Shown here: piece by piece, positions 53,230 to 64,000 of the stretch
How the letters are laid out: every line of letters starts with the position of its first letter
How positions within the stretch are numbered: position 1 is the stretch's first letter
Assembly: GCA_951406725.2 (NCBI GenBank)
Contig: OX597820.1
Span: 126,728,001-126,792,000, forward strand
Direction of reading: 5' to 3'
Source of the DNA: Octopus vulgaris
Taxonomy: Eukaryota
Length of the DNA stretch: 64,000 nt
Notes under the pieces: model-generated
What the model saw: only the letters and a program-made list of their open reading frames with translations
Told to the model about the DNA's origin: nothing
The model's database searches: none
Translations under genes and position numbers: made by a program

Positions 53230-53882
53230 GTGTACTGTTCCATGATGGTAAGATCAACAGAACTCCATTTGGTGAGAGATAAATATTATATATTCAAATA
53301 TGTTTTTATATTCTACTATTAGTTTCATATGCTGAGAGCATGCCAGACAGTATCTTTTAAAACGTTTGGTGTCCTAGCACAATCATCAGGCACAGCTCAC
53401 ATAGCATAGTGAAATAAAAATGGGACAAGAAGGGAGAAAAGTTGAGTGAAGGCAAGAAAGTAGATATAAAAGGTGGAAGGTTGAAAAACTGGAAGACGAA
53501 GAAAAAAACAGAAAGAAGCAAAAGTGGGGAATTAGAGTTGTTTCCCATAAGACCATAAAATATAAGGCTGAAAAGACAGTGGCATAGAGTCTGTGGTACA
53601 GTTCTACTACAGACTCTAAGCCACTATCTTTTCAGTACAGCATTATATTGGGGCGTGGAGTTTAAAGATTCTGCTGATGATACTTGTGTCTATGTTTATA
53701 ATAATAGCTTGGGGTGGTTGGAATCTCTATGGTTATAAACAGTTTCCTCAATGGGAGTTCTATAGCAGTAGCCCTTGCTTGTCTTAAAGTCTAGGATTAC
53801 ATTCAGGAAGTTGATCTTTATTAAGATTAACTTTCTGGATGAAATGTTATAATTATTTGATTGGTACATACATAAAATACAA

Positions 53883-54032
53883 CTTTATTTACATTATTTA
53901 CATTTGACGGATATTTGTCCTCATCTTGTTTGTTGTTAACACAACATTACAGCTGATATATACCCTCCAGCCTTCATCAGGTGTCTTGGGGAAATTTCGA
54001 ACCTGGGTTCTCATTCCTAAGGTATTATTATT

Positions 54033-54064
<32 letters not shown>

Positions 54065-54115
54065 TATCATCATCATCGTCATCATCATCATCATCATTAT
54101 CATTATTATTATTAC

Positions 54116-54149
<34 letters not shown>

Positions 54150-54969
54150 GAGTGAGAGAGCAGTGCATGCCATCAAAGTGACACTGGGGTAAAATATACG
54201 AAGCCCAATATACCCATCATGACTACATGTCTGATAAGGGTACACCAGGCACATGCATCACAACCATATGTGTGCGACATGGTGATCTCATATCAAGATA
54301 AACAGCACATGACCTTGCAGGTGGGGCCCAGTTAGAATTTTCTTCAGGTTGAGTAGCCCATCCCGCTCAAAAGGTCCCTGAATAAGGGTTGTTTAAGGAT
54401 GTTGAAAGAACCACCCATGTTTCCAGAGGTGAATTGTTCAAACCCCAAAGAATCCCTCTCAACACATGGCTATGATGCTCCCCCACTACTTCTGCTCATG
54501 ATCAGAGATGCACATATCGTCAGCCAATAAGGGACATGCTCAACTGGTTAAGGTCAAACAACTGACAAGCAAATCTGTGGTATTGAGCAGAATATTTGCT
54601 GTAGCCCATCTTTTATACCAAGACAAAACAACGTACATGATAACACTTCCAATCAGTTAAGATCAGAAGACATGAGAGCAACTGCCTGGTACTGCATCAT
54701 TATCATTATTATTATTATCATTATTATTATTATTCAGGTCACTGACTGGAATGGAACTCAGAATCTTGGGGTTAGTAGCCTGCGCTCTTAACCACTACAC
54801 CATATGCCCAGGTTCGAAATTTCCCCAAGACACCTGATGAAGGCTGGAGGGTATATCAGCCGAAACATTGTGTTAACAACAAAACAAGATGAGGACAAAA
54901 AAAAAAATCCATCTAATGTAAATAATGTAAATAATGTACATAATTCCTCATCTCTTAAATACAGAACTG
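53883..54969 (-). mobile_element. Family D element, copy 2: inverted tail, tRNA head, (AAT)n linker with nested insert, hammerhead tail
   Basis: TSD taaaatacaa at 53873-53882 and 54970-54979. Head 54733-54809 (-) with TGGTGTAGTGG and GAGTTCCATTCC boxes. Hammerheads at 53938-53985 (-) and 54829-54874 (+). Confidence 0.88.
54148..54700 (-). mobile_element. Retroposon 3' fragment ending in (AAT)n, nested in the family D linker; partial copy at 34755-34925
   Basis: Shared aaacccc/aaaagaatccctct...ctgtgg.attgagcagaatatttgc. Confidence 0.7.
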
Positions 54970-54990
54970 TAAAATACAATTGTTTGAAAT

Positions 54991-55324
54991 TGTGGAAGCA
55001 CTCCGTTGGTTACGACGATGAGGGTTCCGGTTGATCTGAATCAACGGAACAGCCTGCTCGTGAAATTAACGTGTAAGTGGCTGAGCACTCCACAGACACG
55101 TGTACCCTTAACATAGTTCTCGGGGATATTCAGCGTGACACAGAGAGTGACAAGGCCGGCCCTTTGAAGTACAGGTACAACAGAAACAGGAAGTAAGAGT
55201 GAGAGAAAGTTGTGGTGAAAGAGTACAGCAGGGATCACCACCATCCCCTGCCGGAGCCTCGTGGAGCTTTTAGGTGTTTTCGCTCAATAAACACTCATAA
55301 TGCCCGGTCTCGAAACCGCGATCC
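54991..55324 (-). mobile_element. Chimeric SINE (family C body, family E tail) with a flanking duplication of about 31 bp
   Basis: 54960-54990 is repeated at 55325-55355 with 2 mismatches. Confidence 0.85.
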
Positions 55325-55869
55325 TATAGAAGTGTAAAATACAATTGTTTGAAATAATAAAGCTATGGAAATAGAAATCATTTAATGTTGTATCATTCTT
55401 GTCTAAGGAGGCAGCTTCTTATTTGTTACCTTCTTGCCATGCCCCACCCATCATATTCCTAACATATTTTCCATTTATTTCTTTTTCTATTCTTGCTTCA
55501 AATTCTTCTTTTTTATTGCAATGGCCACCCACATTCTCTATTTCAAACATCACCTATGTTTTGTAAATACCATAGATTGCTTTCCAGTTTTTAGTTACTT
55601 ACCTAATCAGTGTTAAGTAGGCAAAAATCACTGAGCAATAACCGAGAGTACTCGCAACATGTTTATAAATAATTCTGTATTGAATGCCTTTTCCTGTTGC
55701 TTGTAAATTCAGAAACAAACACACACGCACACACACACACCTACATGTGTGTGTGTGTGTGTCTGAATGTGTGTGTATGCATGATACAGTTCCCTGACTT
55801 ACCAGTTCCTGTCAAATTGTCCAACCCATGCCAGACACTGAAAATAGATATTGAATGATGACACCGACG

Positions 55870-55898
55870 ACAATGATGATGATGATGATGATGATGGA

Positions 55899-55938
<40 letters not shown>

Positions 55939-56208
55939 ATGATGATGATGGATGATGATGACAATGATGATGATGGTGATGATGATGATGATGATGACAA
56001 TGATGATGATGATGATGATGGTGATGGTGATGGTGATGATGATGATGATGGTGATGGTGATGGTGATGATGATGATGATGATGGAGATGATGATGATGAT
56101 GATGACAATGATGATGATGGAGATGATGGTGATGATAATGATGATGATGATGATGATGATGGAGATGATGATGATGACAACGATGATGATGATGATGATG
56201 ATGATGAC
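55870..56208. repeat. (GAT)n array, probably an expanded RTE tail
   Basis: Follows the RTE 3' UTR fragment at 55795-55860. Confidence 0.92.
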
Positions 56209-56289
56209 AGCTGCATCAAAGAAACATCATGTTTTCCGTAAAATGGCGCCTATCACAAAAGAGGTGACAAAGAACCCTGATAATAGGTG

Positions 56290-56665
56290 CAAGCACAGCT
56301 GCGTCATTAAGTTTGCTTTCCAACCACGTGTCCTTCAGTTCAGTCCCCCTGCACAGCACCTTAGGCAAGTATCTTCTACTATATCCCCAGGCCAACCAAA
56401 GCCTTTTAAGTGAATTTGGTAGACTGAAACAGAAAGAAGCCCATCATATATGGTGCTTATTAAACATAAGCGTGGGAGTGGCTGTGTGGTAAGTAGCTTG
56501 CTTACCAACCACATGGTTCTGGGTTCAGTCCCACTGTGTGGAACCTTAAGCAAGTGTCTTCTGTTATAGCCTCAGGCCGACCAAAGCCTTGTGAATGGAT
56601 TTAGTAGATGGAAACTGAAAGAATCACGTTGTATATATGTGTGTGTATATATACATATATATATA

Positions 56666-56716
<51 letters not shown>

Positions 56717-56946
56717 GTGTGTGTGTGTGTTTGTATGTTTGTGTGTCTGCATTTGTCCCCCCAACATCACTTGACAACTGATGTTGGTGTGTTTACGTCA
56801 CCGTTACTTAGTGGTTCAGCAAAAGAGACCAATAGAATAAGTACCTGGCTTACAAAGAATAAATCCTGGGGTCGATTTGCTTGACTAAAGGCAGTGCTCC
56901 AGCATGGCCACAGTCAAATGACTGAAACAAATAAAAGAGTAAAAGA
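56290..56946 (+). mobile_element. Two tandem SINE family A copies (partial, then full-length 56470-56946)
   Basis: Sequence match to the family. More copies at 23400-23610, 25570-25720, 43845-44030, 44920-45240, 58180-58380, 59920-60077 and 62690-62900. Confidence 0.9.
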
Positions 56947-57127
56947 GCTGTCTAACCGTATTCCTTCTTGTTGACTATTTTATTCAATTTTATTTTCACA
57001 CACGATGAATGCCTAAACCTAGACTTGGAAATATACCATAATACTACAGGCTGTTTGGTCATTCTAAGGGTGAATGAGCTCTACTACATTCCTAACAGAA
57101 TACACCTTAAATATATACATATGTATA

Positions 57128-57357
57128 GGCGGTGAGCTGGCAGAAACGTTAGCACACTGGGTGAAATGATTAGCAGTATTTCGTCTGCCATTACGTTCTG
57201 AGTTCAAATTCCGTCGAGGTCGACTTTGCCTTTCATCCTTTCGGGGTCGATAAATTAAGTACCAGTTATGCACTGGGGTCGATGTAATCGACTTAATCCG
57301 TTTGTCTGTCCTTGTTTGTCCCCTCTGTGTTTATCCCCTTGTTGGTAGTAAAGAAAT
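57128..57357 (+). mobile_element. SINE family B, full length
   Basis: ggcggtgagctggcagaaacgttagc...gagttcaaattcc...gtagtaaagaaata. Confidence 0.93.
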
Positions 57358-57514
57358 ATATATACATATGTATATATCTATGAGTATGTTTGTATTTTTC
57401 CCAACCACTGCTTGACAATTGCTGGTTTGTTTACAACCCCATAACTTAGTAGACTGGCAGAAAAGATCGATTACATAAGTACCAGGTTTGAAAAAGAAAT
57501 ACTAGGGTTGATTT

Positions 57515-57785
57515 ACATTATTTACCTTATTTACATTATTTACATTTGACGGATATTTGTCCTCATCTTGTTTGTTGTTAACACAACGTTTCGGCTGATG
57601 CACCCTCCAGCCTTCATCAGGTGTCTTGGGAAAATTTTGAATCTGGGTTCTCATTCCTAAGGTATTTTTTGATGTTATTGTCATTATTATTATAAAAACA
57701 AAACAAGATGAGGACCAAAAAAATCCATCAAATGTAAATAATGTAAATAATGTACATAATTCCTCATCTCTTAAATAAAGAACTG
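57515..57785 (-). mobile_element. Family D element, copy 3 (5'-truncated in the linker, inverted tail piece), inserted in a SINE A tail
   Basis: TSD tag(g/a)gttgattt at 57503-57514 and 57786-57797. Confidence 0.85.
57580..57625 (-). ncRNA. Intact family D hammerhead motif
   Basis: GACAC CTGATGA A GGCTG gagggtgcat CAGCC GAAA CG TT GTGTT. Confidence 0.82.
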
Positions 57786-58429
57786 TAGAGTTGATTTGTT
57801 TGACTAAACTCTTTGAGGTGGTGCCCCAGCATGACCCCAGTTCAAATACTGAAACAAATGAAAGATAAAATTGGTAATACAAGGTGTTGTAGAAGACATG
57901 CCCACCAAGGCAAATGCAGATAAATATTTATTATATTAAAGTGACAGAATATACAAATGGCATTCCATCAGTTATGAGTCATTCTTTTCTAAGAGGCAGC
58001 CTCTTACCTTTACCTCACACCTGTCACTTTCTATCTAATTGCCATGCCCAACCCACAATATTCCTAACATATTTTCCTTTTATTTCTTTTTCTATTGTTG
58101 CTTCGAATACTTCTATTCTTTTGCCATGGCCACCTACGTTCTTTATTTCAAAAACTACCTATTTTGTTTTTTTATTCTTTTACTTGTTTCAATCATTTGA
58201 CTGCAGCCATGCTGGAGCACCACCTTTAGTCAAACAAATTGACCCTAGGACTTATTCTTTGTAAGCCTAGTACTTATTCTATTAGTCTCTTTTGCCAAAC
58301 TGCTAAGTTAAAGGAACGTAAACACACCAACATCAGTTGTCAAGCGATGGTGGGGGGACAAACGCAGACACATAAATACATCTATAAATGTGTAATGGTG
58401 TCTGTGTGTGTGTTTGAGGTTACTCTAAC

Positions 58430-59400
58430 CCTTCCCACACCGTCCAACCAATGTTAATGATTTTTGGTACAGAGGTAGATCACATGCCCTGAAGTTCAAA
58501 TAATGTTGGAATATTTTAAAAACTTGATAATGCTCAGTTGGCATCGATTTTTGTGAGCTCAATCGGGCGTTTGAATGGAAATTCCCATAATGCTGTTATT
58601 TTTCCTGCAGCTTTTGCACTTGTCTGATTTTGATGAAAATCAATGAGTATGCGAGGCTCATGGCAGTGAGTTGATGTCAGTATATGGCAGTGAAAAAAAA
58701 TCGATTATTGCACCTGGGCAGTGGTTTTATAAAATCAACAGGCTTTTTGCTTGCAAATATCCATAGGGATTTTATTTTTGGTCGTAACTTTTATATTTTT
58801 TATCCAATTTTAATAAAATTTGAGATGTAGGTAAATTTTGTAGTAGGAGAGACGATAAAGGTGTTTATTTAAGTCAAAGGGGCTTGAAAATGACACAAAT
58901 GCAAATAAGCTTTTCCTTGGAGACATGCTTATCGATTCTGTAGAAATTTTACACATGGTTACAGTTCATGTCCATTAGTTGATACTAGCATGAAGAGTTA
59001 ACAAAAAATCGATAATTGCATGTGAGCAGGGTACTTTAAGAAATCAATTAGCTTTTTGTATGCAATTACCCAATAGGATTAATATTTTATGTTGTAACTT
59101 TTACAGAATTCATTTGATTTTGATGAAATTTGACATTTAGGTAAAGGGTATGGTCAGGTTCATGTAGTAGAATTAAAATTAAACTGGTGAGAGGCAGAAA
59201 TCGTCAAAATTCCCTCCCAATAAAATAATGAACTGATTTTTGAAGAAAATTGACCCATGAGTAAAATTAAGCACTTCAACATATGAAACATCGATTATTC
59301 ATATAATGTATTGAGATTTAAAAGTCAATAGGATATTTTCATGTAAATGGTCACATGGTTTCTATTTTATGACATAACCTTAACACTTTTCTTCGGATTT
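58430..59400. repeat. Unclassified element with degenerate internal repeats of about 325 bp
   Basis: aaaaatcgat.attgca...aaatcaa..gctttttg..tgcaa...gtaactttta at about 58695-58790 and 59020-59105. Recurrent ttttgatgaaa motif. Confidence 0.55.
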
Positions 59401-59717
59401 TGCTGAGATTGGATACGCTGATCAATTTTGTACAGCAGATGACATTAAGTTGAGAGAAATAAACAAACAACAGTCTCAACGGGTCAAGATACAACCAGAA
59501 TTTTGACTGTGATTTCAGACAGTCCAGTATGTAGGAGTATATCAAAAGCATTAACCGGGTAAAATCCCTGCTGAACCAGATATATATCTTAATGGGTAAT
59601 GGTTGTCATAGGGAACATAGAAGATTTCAATACATGGTCAGAGGTGAACTTCACTTCAACACAGAAAACACGAGCAATGCCAAGTCCCAAAGCTTGAACA
59701 TATATATATAAACATAT

Positions 59718-59776
<59 letters not shown>

Positions 59777-59780
59777 ATAT

Positions 59781-59827
<47 letters not shown>

Positions 59828-59878
59828 TTGTGTATATATATGTGTGTGTGTGTGTGTGTGTATATATGTATATATATA

Positions 59879-59920
<42 letters not shown>

Positions 59921-60399
59921 GCTTTTTTCAGTTTCTCTCTACCAAATGCACTCACAAAGCTTTGGTCAACCCAAAGCTATAGTAGAAGACACTTGCCCAA
60001 AGTGCCACACAGTGAGACTGAACCCAGAACCATCTGGTTGGGAACCAAGCTTCTTACCACACAGCCACTCCTGCACCTCCGTTTTGTAGATAGTGTTAAG
60101 TGCATTCCAGTTGATCTGATCAATGGAACAGCCTGCTCATGAAATTAAAATGCTGGTGGCTTAGCACTTGACAAACACATGTATCCTAAATGTAGTTCTC
60201 AGGGTGATTCAGAGTTACACAGAGTGTGACAAGGCCGGCCCTTTAAGATACAAGTACTACCCTTTTTTGCCAGCTGAAAGGACTGCAGTGTGAAATAAAG
60301 TGTCTTGGTCAACGACACAATGAATCACTGGGAATTGAACTCATGACCTTATGATTGTAAGATGAATGCCCTAACCACTAAGCCACACAACTCAAAGCC

Positions 60400-60950
60400 A
60401 TAACTCCATCACAAGAGATGAATTCATGCAATAGTTGAACCCAACTCTCGAATCTTCTTCAATAAGATTCATATGTGCACTGTTGGACTCACCTCTTCAC
60501 AATCACTGTCACCTTGTTTGCATCATCAAATCTTTGTCTCCAAAGATTGTCTTACATTAGACCAAAGAAATAGGAGTCGGAGGGCACCATTGCAGGTCAT
60601 ATGATGGATGGGGAAATGTGAGCAACCCAATTCATAGATTACCAAATTTGTTGCCAAAAATCTGTGTGGCCTTACATTTTTATGGTGAATGTCAATCATT
60701 TTCAGATTTTTGATTGGTTTCTTCCTCCTGATGGCTTTTTAATGTTTTGATGGGGGTTGTTGTTCAAGGTACAGCTATGCTAAAAAAAATCAACAAGACC
60801 GACAGCCTCATCATCTCAAAAAGATTCATCGTGACTGTCTGTGCTGGAGAAGTGTGATGCCATTTCAAGGATTTAAAGCTTCGTGTCTGGATCATAAAGG
60901 ATGTACTTACTTTTCACCCCCTGTTGCTAAATCAAAAAAAAAACTTTCTG
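60400..60950 (-). mobile_element. Degenerate mariner (DD34D-type) catalytic-domain remnant
   Basis: ATGGE..VH.YDPDTK and PHPSY../PSDSYFFGLM*DNL..QRFDD, with many lesions. Confidence 0.7.
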
Positions 60951-61089
60951 GCTGATTTCAGAGTGTGACAAGGCCGGCCCTTTAAGATACAAGAACTACC
61001 CTTTTTTGCCAGCTGAAAGGACTGCAGTGTGAAATAAAGTGTCTTGGTCAAGGACACAATGAATCATTGGGAATTGAACTCATAGGAAG

Positions 61090-62440
61090 TTGCAAAATCT
61101 AGGATCTTACACTGTTTCTTCATTCTGTCCTCTGTGATCATATTTGATCATTTTGCTTCAATAGTATGTTCAGATTTATAGGGAAATCTCACAAGATCTT
61201 GTAATTCTCATTTTCTATCATGGTATCTGCTTCTTGATCAGACCACTTTTCTGTTGTTTTGAAGCCCCACACTATTCCAATGTAAATGGAGCTAAAATGC
61301 CAATGTACTCTTTTGCCTATACAATCATGTCCACACTCATACTCTTTTTGTGGTGGTGTACTGCACTCATTCAAAAGGTGATTGATACTTTTGTCTTCTT
61401 TCTTGCAGATTCTACACTTGCTGTCAAATTTTTTTTTTTAAGTATTTGCCTTTATTAGATTGGTTCTAAGGGCTTGTTCCTGAGTGGCTATAATCAGTGT
61501 TTCTGTCATTTTTAGTTCCCATCCATCAATCAAAGCCAGCAATCTTTACTTCCAACATTCTCAATTTGTTGCATGAATTGACCATGTAATTCTATTTGTT
61601 TGTTCTCTGTTAGTCTTCCTTTTCTCCTTGAATTCTTCTACTTTTTCGGTCACTTTTCAGGTATCTCTGGCTGCCAATATTCTTTCTTTACTCTGCACAA
61701 CATCAATTTCCAGACCTAGTATTGCGGTATTAACAGTGTCTTCTGTGTTTAGTCATTCTCTACCATTTTCAACTCTTGATAGGTTGAGTCAGTCAATGTT
61801 GCTTTTAAGGTGAAGTGCACTATGCATGGTCAGCAACTTTCGGATCTTTTCGGTTTGAACGGCAGTTTTTAACATAATTTCTAGGTCACTAAAAAATTTT
61901 AAACTTCGTATACTGGTAGAATGTGTTTATAAAACATATTTTTCTCTTGGCTTTATTGAGAAAATTCTATGGTTTGTAAGATATTTGTTGTTTTTTTTCC
62001 TTCAATTTCTGCAATTTCAACCAATCAATGACATCTATTGAGGTGAAAAAACATTCTGTGCCGTATGAATATGTCCCTCGTTTAAGAAACAGATTTGTGA
62101 AGAAAAAAAGATACCCTTCCCCCCACCCCTAAAACAGATTAAAATGCAATAGATCAATACTAGGGTCATAATTATGGGAGACAATTTCATATGACACTGC
62201 TAGAAAAAACTGCTGTTCAAACCGAAAAGATCCCAACATTCTAATTTTTCCATCCAAGTTCTGCAGTTTGTCCATTATTGAGAGGGAACAGAATATCTCA
62301 ATACTAGCAAAACCCACGTATTTATGGCTTTTAAAGATCTTCTCTCCATTAAACCTTGTTTTGAGCACCTTCACAATTCTCCTCTTGTACTCTATAGTGA
62401 CCTCCTCTCTAATATATCCTTCCATTATCCTCTCATCTTA
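61090..62440 (-). mobile_element. Degenerate Dong/R4-type LINE (restriction-like endonuclease class), split by a MITE
   Basis: EYKRRIVKVLKTRFNG, RKLLTMHSALH, LHGQF, IIATQEQALRTN, knuckle CRICKKKDKSINYLLNEC, HDCIGKRVHW and ENENYKIL*DF. Confidence 0.82.
61842..62233. mobile_element. 392-bp MITE with about 29-bp TIRs starting GG and an 8-bp TSD (Merlin-like)
   Basis: TIR GGATCTTTTCGGTTTGAAC(G/A)GCAGTTTTT. TSD caac(t/a)ttc at 61834-61841 and 62234-62241. Removal restores DGKIRKLLTMH in the LINE. Confidence 0.88.
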
Positions 62441-62626
62441 TTATTGTTGTTGTTGTTGTTACTGTTCTTATCCTACCTTATTCTCATAAACATTGCCATA
62501 ATTTAGCCTCTCTTCTCCTCGCTTCTGTCACAATATTTGTATAACAAGTTGTGTGTGCACGTGTGTGTGTGTGTGGGTGTGTGTGTGTATGTGTGCGTGT
62601 TTGTGCATGTGTGTGTGTGTACGTAT

Positions 62627-62657
<31 letters not shown>

Positions 62658-62984
62658 TATATATGTATATATTTATATATATCTTTTAATTGTTTCAGTC
62701 ATTTGACTGCAGCCATGCTGGGGCACTGCCTTGAAGGGTTTTAGTCGAACAAATTGACCCCAGGACCTATCTTTTTTATAAGCCTGGTACTTATTATTTC
62801 GAGCTCTTTTTGCCGCTCCACTAAGTTACAGGGGACATAAACACACCAGTACCAGTTGTAAAGCAGTGGAGAGTGACAAGAACAGACTTGAAAATACACA
62901 CATACACAAGCATATATATATATATATATAGCAATATATATATATAGCAATATATATGTATAGCAATATATATACAGACATATA

Positions 62985-63218
62985 TCTATTTCTTTACTAC
63001 CCACAAGGGGCTAAACACAGAGGGGATAAACAAGGACAGACAAACGAATTAAGTCGATTACATCCGACCCCAGTGCGTAACTGGTACTTAATTTATCGAC
63101 CCCGAAAGGATGAAAGGTAAAGTGGACCTCGGCGGAATTTGAACTCAGAACGTAACGGCAAACGAAATACCGCTAAGCATTTCGCCCGGCGTGCTAACGT
63201 TTCTGCCAGCTCGCCGCC
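62985..63218 (-). mobile_element. SINE family B, full length, CpG-rich (young)
   Basis: Near-consensus copy. Confidence 0.94.
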
Positions 63219-63246
63219 AATATACAGACATATATATACATACATG

Positions 63247-63309
<63 letters not shown>

Positions 63310-63312
<3 letters not shown>

Positions 63313-63760
63313 TCAAGACCACTCATAACCACAATAACGCAACCGTCTTATTTACTAATAAGGGAGGCAAGCTCCCTAAGCACCAGGAATAGCCAGATCA
63401 GCAGGGATTTCGATTCTAAATTACTGCTCATCAATGGCTCTCAACAGCACCTTGAGTTAAACTCAGTTCACCTTTGTCAGCTTATGAAATCACCAGAGAA
63501 ATCATAAAGTGATTTCATAAATGGTAAAAAAGAAAATTATAAATAATAAGGGAGGCTTGTTAGCAATTTTTCAACTGAAAGGCAAAAATATATGTCACTA
63601 AAGCAACTGAGGGTGCTATACAGCACCAGTATTGCTAGAAATAAGAGTCAAAACAACTCATAGCCACCGTCTTATTTACTGTCAGGGTGGGGGGAAGCTC
63701 CCTAAGCACCAGACATAGCCACATCACCAGTGATTTCACAATTACATTAACACTCACCAG
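63310..63760. repeat. Unclassified repeat with an internal duplication of about 330 bp, related to 18170-18280
   Basis: accgtcttatttact...aagctccctaagcaccag occurs twice. ttgctagaaa..a.agtcaaa is shared with 18170-18280 (-). Confidence 0.6.
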
Positions 63761-64000
63761 TAGCTTGTATTATAGATATAGATATATATGTATATACATA
63801 TATTAGAAATGATATTTAAATATACTGCAAGAAACTTTCTGACCATGAGAGAAATATTGTCTTTCTTGGAAATGGTTCAGGGTTGGTGAGATAAATTGCA
63901 TCTGGCTGTAGAAAATCTCAAATACACTCCATCTGACATGGAAAAGTGGATGTTGAAATGATGATGATGATGATGATGATATGTATCTCTCTCTTTCTCT

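Overview
Eukaryotic, AT-rich, gene-poor DNA that is probably intronic or intergenic. The SINE and LINE families and the extreme (TA)n/(CA)n/(GATA)n microsatellite load look like an octopod cephalopod (inference). No intact host gene can be called, and nearly all ORFs in the track are microsatellite artefacts. The window is a mosaic of transposable elements: three Tc1 elements, mariner and DD37D remnants, a CR1-type and several RTE-type LINE fragments, a Dong/R4-type LINE, two non-autonomous Helitrons, a Merlin-like MITE, and many tRNA-derived SINEs. The main hidden signal is RNA structure. I read about 21 type I hammerhead-ribozyme motifs (CUGANGA core, stem II, GAAA, palindromic mini stem III, NUH) in roughly a dozen unrelated repeat contexts, many as inverted (foldback) pairs in the manner of Penelope-like elements. 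One family, present in three copies each with a 10-12 bp TSD, carries a hammerhead tail plus an inverted tail copy, and two of the copies retain a tRNA-derived Pol III head. This is a candidate Penelope-mobilised ribozyme SINE. All structures were read by eye and need computational and biochemical confirmation.
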